From the NCBI GenBank assembly GCA_951406725.2, contig OX597836.1, positions 2,728,001 to 2,792,000 of the forward strand: 64,000 nt of DNA, given 5' to 3'. This DNA comes from Octopus vulgaris (lineage: Eukaryota). The notes under the pieces were generated by a model that did not search any database, had not been told where the DNA came from, and worked only from the letters and a program-made list of their open reading frames with translations. A program made the translations under genes and the position numbers. Positions 57,093-64,000 of this stretch are shown one piece after another (within the stretch, counting starts at the first letter, position 1; the number at the start of each line of letters is the position of its first letter).

Positions 57093-59249
57093 TGTATGTG
57101 TGTGTGTATGTATGTAAACTAGCGCGTGCACACTAAATGTACCTGGGCTGTGTACTTGTATACACAGACATAGACTTATGCAAATAGATAGAAAGTTTGT
57201 GGAGTGCAATATCGGTGTATGTAAAGATTATGGTTATGTGGCCGCAATTATTAACAGCCGTTTTGTTTGTTGACGTAAAGTTTGAAGAAACTTATTTCGA
57301 AGAATGAACGGAAAAACACAATAATAAAACGTGCTTAAGTTCATGAAAGAGCATTGACAACATTTAAAGTGCCATGCCATTCATTAAACTGCAGTAGACT
57401 TTCGAAAGTTGGAAGTATGAAATATGGTTATGTAAATATGGTATGTAAAGTAAATATTGAACGAAAATATATAACTTATAATGTATACAGAATTTCATTT
57501 GCGTAAAAAGCAAATGTTCTGAGTTTTAAAAGAAACAGAACGACCAAATATGCAAGTTCGGCATTGTAATACCAATAAATAATTGGGCTAAAGTGAGGTA
57601 TGAGTGGGGGCTAGTTTAAACAAACTGTGTGTTAATGTCGTAAAATGGTTTGACAATAGATCTGGGTGTGTAGAATAGCTTATATCCTATTAAACCGAGT
57701 AATGGTGGGTTTAATACGTCTATTATATATCGGCAACTGTGATTAATTCTGAATGTTCCTTTGATATAACTTGCAGTTATACAACTTTTGTAATTTCTGT
57801 TTATGGAAATGACTTTGCTTCATATAAAATATTTCATTTTCATTTATATTGTTTACTTTTAGTTTTCAAATCATAGGAGTATCTAATAAGACTTTGACTC
57901 TCCGATGTATCTCGGGGATGTTTCGGAGTGCGAGTACGCGCTAGTTAAAAGTAAATTCAAAGAATTCTATATTTTTGTAACCTATGACTAAAGTGAGGTG
58001 TTTTCAAGCATTACGTTTACCTACAGACACCTTTCATTACCAGTTTCCTCTCGTGGACACCTATAAGCTATCTATGTTTATTGAAGAAATCGTTTTATAG
58101 AAGCTCCTTTCAAAGATATTATTGCATTTTTCACCCATTAAACTGTATAGGGTATCTTTAAGAGAGCAAGTCTCAGTGGCTGAAAACAGGCTGAATGATT
58201 AAAACGTGAGAGAAAGCAACTTATTTGTATCTTACAATAAATACATTTACAGGAAAGTTTTTTTCATGAACTCCAAAAATACTACGATAGATCCCCAATT
58301 AACTACATTTCTTGCTTGGGCCCCCGGAAATTTAATAAGAGCATTAAGAGGTCATGTGGACTCCGGCTGAGAACCTCTTAAGGCAGCTATAAGAATTTGG
58401 CTAATTCCGATCGATTGTATTTGTGGCCATTCATTTTCGTTCTTTATAAGAATCGATAGTAGAGTTGAAACGAGATGCTATTTGCCTGATATTTTTAGCA
58501 TGTGAAAGGACAATACCGTCGTACCCTCCTATCATTGTCCGCGACGTTATTTATTGAACACAAGAAGGAAAAAAAAATGAATGTAGTTTTTCTGTTGTGG
58601 TTTTACTTCTTCCATGTAATGAAATGACGGAAGATATTTTTTGAAACATATGTTATGTCAAAACAAATAAATATATCAAAATCCTACTGACTTCAGCAGA
58701 CAGAAGACAGTCATTACACGATTTTATGGTGGATTCGCCATCGTTTACGAAGGTGCAGAGGCTGTTGTTCGACCAATTGTATTCCTATTCGAAAATCTAT
58801 TGTGTAGGCGGCAGAGTAACTTACAGACCTATATGTGGGGCTTCAACGTAGTTCACAGAAAGATTTAGCGTGGCATTATATAACAAAGATGATGATTTAA
58901 AATTATCAAAGAAAGGAAGACGGAGAGTGAGGGGGGAAATAAATAGTGACGGGAAAAAACAATTACAATTTCAAAGAGGGAATGTGTTAGGAGGCAAAGA
59001 AAAGAGAAGAGATGAAAAACGAGGATACCAAAAAAAAAAAAAAAAAGAGAAGAAAAGAAGTTAGCATTGCAGCAGTACTTTTTTTATTATTGACACCGAA
59101 ATAAATATAATGACAAACAGAATTGATGAGATATTCTGATTTTAAGAAAAAATATTTATATACTGATTAAAAAATAAGTTTTATATACAATTTTCACCAT
59201 AGGAAAACATATACATACATACATACATATATATAAAAAAAGGAGGGGT

Positions 59250-59574
59250 AAAGACCCCCTTCGGTCATGACTGACCATGGGATTGCACCTAGAAAGTTAC
59301 CCTCCTAGACACAAGTCCGGGCAAGGTTGTTTATGGAAGACCAGCAGTCGCCCATGCATACCGGCCTCCCCTCTCCACGTCACTGATGTTATCCAAGGGA
59401 AAGACAAAGGTCGATACAGCTTGGCACCAGTGACGTCGCAACTCATTTCTACAGCTGAGTGAACTGGAGCAACGTGAAATAAAGTGCCTTGCTCAAGAAC
59501 ACAACACGCAGCCCGGTCCGGGATTCGAGCTCACAACCTCACGATCGTAAGCTCGACGCTCTAACCACTGAGCC

Positions 59575-59577
<3 letters not shown>
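59250..59577 (-). mobile_element. SINE family C, full length (tRNA head plus CORE-like segment)
   Basis: Minus strand: atggctcagtggttagagcgtcgagc...gagctcgaatcccggaccggg...gtgttcttgagcaaggcacttt. Confidence 0.9.
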
Positions 59578-59610
<33 letters not shown>

Positions 59611-59672
59611 TGTGTGTGTGTGTGTGTGTGTGTACATAATACATTGTTGTATACACACACACTCACACACAC

Positions 59673-59712
<40 letters not shown>

Positions 59713-59719
59713 GCGTTTC

Positions 59720-59905
59720 TTTGCCGTTATGATTGTCCATTCTCGTGGACTGCCAATGGATGTTGGTAAAAAGAAGCGGTTCGGCAAAAGATACTGCCAG
59801 AGTTAATACCACATTTTAACAAATAAATACTTGAATTAATTTATTCCTCGAAAACCTTCAAACCGATGCTCCAACATGACCGCAGTTGAATGACTAAAAC
59901 GTAAA
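59720..59905 (+). mobile_element. SINE family B 3' part, diverged
   Basis: agcggttcggcaaaagatac...gatgctccaacatgaccgcagttgaatgactaaaac. Confidence 0.7.
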
Positions 59906-60369
59906 ATAAAAGATAAAAATTTAATAGATTTCTTAGACAGCGGAGAACATATAAAGATCTCTGACATTTTACAGAGCCTCTCGCATAAGAAGAAAAGAAT
60001 TCTTCCATCTGAATATCTGGCGCGACTTCCAGCAGCATAGGAAGCTCCACTGAATACACAGATGGCCGAAATGGTTGTAATGAAATGAGAGATACGTTAG
60101 ATCTCACAAGAGAGAAAGTAAAGACGATTCATGTAACAGAGTTCCTCTCAGGTTCAGTTTAGCTAACGCTAGTCGCAAATTAACAGTTGAGGTTCTCACA
60201 GAAGTGACATGTCTTGATGATACGGCATAAAATTGCACGATCAATCCTGTAGTAGATTAGGAAAGTTAATGGTATGGCTATGCTTTCGTCGCGAAGAAGA
60301 AAAGAACAACAGAAAAGTCATGCCAGCTGGTAGAATAAAAGGAAATAAAATGAAACAATGAAAAATACT

Positions 60370-60560
60370 GGTTTCCAATTTTGGCATGAGATTACGAATT
60401 TCCAAAGTGAAGATCACTCGATTACATCGACTCTAGTGTTCAGTTATTTAAGTGGCGACCTCGAATGAATGAAATGGAAAGTGGGTCCTGGAGGAATATT
60501 AAGACAGATTAAACGCCGCTAAGCATTTTGTCTGGCGGGTTACATGCCAGATCACCACTC
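60370..60560 (-). mobile_element. SINE family A, diverged
   Basis: cgattacatcgactctagtg...ccgctaagcattttgtctggcg. Confidence 0.7.
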
Positions 60561-60984
60561 AATAAAAGATGGGAAGTATTGAGAAACAAAGACAGAAGAA
60601 AGTGTTTATTGAATATTTATCAGAAATATACAGCAGCAATATCAATCAACTTAAAATTAGTAGCGCCATAAAATAACAGAAATAATATAGGGAAAGAATG
60701 GATAAATAAAGAGATATGCAAGGAAAAGGAAATCTCTATGAGCGAAGTACAGAATAAAAGTATTATTTACAGGAATAAATGCTAAAACTGTTTAAAATAA
60801 AAGCTGTTTCCATGCATATATAAATAGATTTGTTTTCGTGTAGGTGCGTTTGTTTTGATGTAGTCTTCTTTATGCGGTTGCATGTGTCAGGATAAATGCA
60901 GTTTTATATGCAAGCGTATATGGACATATTTGCGGCGGCTCACGAATCGGCTGTTTTGTATATACCTACTGATGTGTTTGTCTG

Positions 60985-61031
<47 letters not shown>

Positions 61032-61954
61032 GTATATATATATGCGTATATGTGTGCATGGATGTGTGTGTGTATATATATATATACATATATATATGTT
61101 TATACATGTATATACATAATTGCATATTTACATACACACATATATATATGTATGTGTGTGTATACATATATATATGTATATATATATATATATGTATATA
61201 TATGCGTATGTGTGTTTGTGCGTGTGTATACAGTGAAAGGAAAACACGTGGATGAGTTGAGATGTATAATTGATATTGGACGTAGAAGGACATGATAGAG
61301 AAAAAAGAAAAAAATTACACGGTAAAATACAACACGAATGAGAGAATGAACGAGTGAAAGAAGAACGAAGGAAGAGTGTGAGCGTGAAAAACACAAAGAA
61401 AAACAAAGAGAAATATTATAAAACAGAAGAAAGAAAAACAAAAGAAATTTTCGAGAATAAAAGTTTCAATGAGTAAGTTATCATTTTCGTCGTCATCTTC
61501 TTTCACGTTCTTCAAAGTTTTTGCGACACAATTCTTATTAAATGCATCAGTCCACATATTCTATGAATTTTCACACATCGCTTCATCCCAAGGATTTCAA
61601 AATTCTCAGCTAGACAACTAGATACATAGCAGATTACATCACCTTATGGAATTTCTGCCTATTTCTTTCAGTGTTATTCCATCTTCTGCCATTGTAGTTC
61701 TGTTGTATTCTGTTGTATTGTTTGCGAAAGTTCTGAATTTAAAACAATAGCTTTTTTTTTCTTGTGTGAATGAAATGTCGATTTTCATATTTTGTCATTT
61801 TATTATTTTTTATTATTATTAACTTTTTTGCTGGGATTTAAACTTTAATTTTGAAAAATGAAAAATTACAACATAAAAAGAAAAAATGCTTGATTGTGTA
61901 ATGAGAATGCACTGATTTTTATGGTAGAATTATTAAAAATAATGAGGTGGTTGG

Positions 61955-62009
<55 letters not shown>

Positions 62010-62050
62010 TTAGTGATGATAATAATAATAATATTTTTTTATTATTGACG

Positions 62051-62088
<38 letters not shown>

Positions 62089-62706
62089 GTCATCATCACC
62101 ATATTTCAAACAGAGCTTGTCGTTCGGTGTAGAGGAATGTTCTATCAACTTTAGTATTTGACAGTTATTTTATTCTAGCGAACGAAGAAATATGAAGGCG
62201 AAGCGAGGTTCAATGAAAAAAATAATAATAATGAAAAATATTGAATACGTATGAAGAGGCAATGGTTCACTGATTCACCATTAAATGTGTTCAAGAATGA
62301 CAAATATTTTATTTCTCAAAATGTATTACGCAATATGAGATATACTATTTACAGTTATTTCTCGATCCACGCAGACACAGAGTTTAAAACGTTGCTGTAA
62401 TGATATTGTTATCAGAAACGATAAAATGTCTTTTCGTTGATGTAGCAATTATTCGATGGAATGACAAAAATTTAAAGTTTAGAAATATGTAATGGAACAT
62501 CAGACATATTACACTCAACGGTCTCCCCATTTGTACAGATAAGGGGTTGAATGTGTAAACCCTGTTGGTTTTGACAAAGTGTTATACTGAAATGAAATAT
62601 CTCCTGCTCGTATCAGGAGCATCGTTCCACAATAGACTTCTGGAAGGAAATTTGAATGTATTCGGTATTAAAGAAGAAAGCTAAATGTTGGTTGCCACAA
62701 TATGTT

Positions 62707-62830
62707 TATTATTAACACCGCCTTAGCGAAGGCGGGGGTATTGTTTTCAGTCGTGTTTGTTTGTTCGCTAGTTCATTGGACAAGATATCTCAGGCACTGC
62801 TGGATTCCGATGAAATTTTCAGGGTTGTTT
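62707..62830 (+). mobile_element. Helentron-associated (DINE-1/HINE-like) non-autonomous element 5' part
   Basis: ttattaacaCCGCCTTagcgAAGGCGGgggtattgttttc hairpin, then gtttgtttgtt and caagatatctca...gatgaaattttcagg. Confidence 0.5.
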
Positions 62831-63110
62831 GCCCAAGTTCCCTCCGAGATTGTCGACGTACCTCCCCTCCACTAATGCTTTGGTTGAGTTGAAGTTGCTC
62901 AATGTCTTCCTGATACGACATAGTTGTTTTAGAGCAACGCGACACCCTCGGTGCCATTCGCACTTTCTCAGCCTCTTTTTGATCCACGAGTACAGTTCGG
63001 TCATGGAGACGAGCTGCGGGAAAGCGCGCCTCACATACGGTGATCACACTTGTTCATCGACGTCTACGTAGAGCCAGAGATGTCGGAGTCTCAGAGCGTG
63101 TCTGCGCATT
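62831..63110 (-). pseudogene. L1/Tx1-like LINE post-RT fragment
   Basis: GC-richer coding-like stretch MRRHALRLRHLWLYVDVDEQV*SPYVRRAFPQLVSMTELYSWIKKR; family assignment from recall only. Confidence 0.4.
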
Positions 63111-63184
63111 AAATAGATAGATACGTAGATATAGACAGATCAATAGAAAGATAGATATAGATTTTTATATATAGATAAATAGAC

Positions 63185-63238
<54 letters not shown>

Positions 63239-63267
63239 GAACGTACCTACGTAGATAGATAGATAGG

Positions 63268-63512
63268 AAGCACTCCGTCGGTTACGACGACGAGGGTTCC
63301 GGTTGATCCGATCAACGTAACAGCCTGCTCGTGAAATTACCGTGCAAGTGGCTGAGCACTCCACAGACACGTGTACCCTTAACGTAGTTCTCGGGGATAT
63401 TCAGCGTGACACAGAGAGTGACAAGGCCGGCCCTTTGAAATACAGGTACAACAGAAACAGGAAGTAAGAGTGAGAGAAAGTTGTGGTGAAAGAGTACAGC
63501 AGGGATCGACCA
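63268..63512 (-). mobile_element. SINE family D body and 3' end, embedded in (GATA)n
   Basis: Shares tgctgtactctttc(a/c)ccacaac with 33355-33380; ends ...cgtcgtaaccgacggagtgcttcc. Confidence 0.85.
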
Positions 63513-63519
63513 AAGCGAC

Positions 63520-63555
<36 letters not shown>

Positions 63556-64000
63556 TGATTGATTGATTGATTCGCACATGTAGCATTTCAAAGTTTAGAG
63601 TCTTGTAAATTGATTTCAAGCTCAGAAAATCTGTTATATGAAATGCGCAAAAAGCACCAGAGAATATATGTGTATATATATGTAGGGGATATATGTACAT
63701 GTGAATTAGAGTGCATGTATGTAGTTATACATGTATGTGTGTGTGTACATGTGTGTATATATATATGTGTGTGTGTGTACCTGTGTTTGTATATAAATAT
63801 GAATGTGTTTATCTATGTATAAATATATATAAATCTATATATATGTATATACATATGTATGTGTTTGTACGTGGGTGTGTATGTGTGTATGTGTGTGTAG
63901 CTGTGTGTTTGTTTTTGTGTGTCCATATATGTTTATGTATGTGTGTACCTGTGTATGTATGTATAAATATACTCATCTACTCTAGACACAATGCCTTATG

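Noticed and set aside
59500-59577. tRNA-like sequences here and at 33455-33520, 11760-11830 and 25745-25830
   Set aside because: They lack complete cloverleaf and acceptor stems and continue into multi-copy SINE bodies

Overview
AT-rich eukaryotic DNA, about 30-35% GC by eye, dominated by microsatellites and interspersed repeats. The SINE families and the (TA)n/(GATA)n/(AAT)n density resemble an octopus (coleoid cephalopod) genome; this is inferred from recalled repeat sequences, not from a search. I find no confident host gene, rRNA, genuine tRNA gene or CRISPR array, and almost all listed ORFs are microsatellite read-through artefacts. Identifiable content: four tRNA-derived SINE families; decayed Penelope-like (PLE) retroelement coding remnants (clear RT at ~14.1-15.0 kb; YRDDGL-type RT/GIY-YIG at ~27.3-28.4 kb); and LINE, Gypsy-integrase, mariner and Helentron-like fragments. 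The most unusual signal is a set of short inserts, mostly in (TA)n tracts and mostly unrelated in sequence, that share one architecture: a long head-to-head inverted duplication (arms 44-155 bp) with a unique tail on one side only. Several of these and related inserts carry minimal hammerhead-ribozyme cores in which the 3-8 tertiary pair appears to co-vary (C-G, U-A, inferred G-C). Others carry a shared UGGCUGYUAUUUCUA motif followed by a stem and a terminal hairpin. A young SINE subfamily also appears to insert at AGC^GGT, a site present in its own head, producing nested and tandem copies. Coordinates of decayed remnants are approximate.
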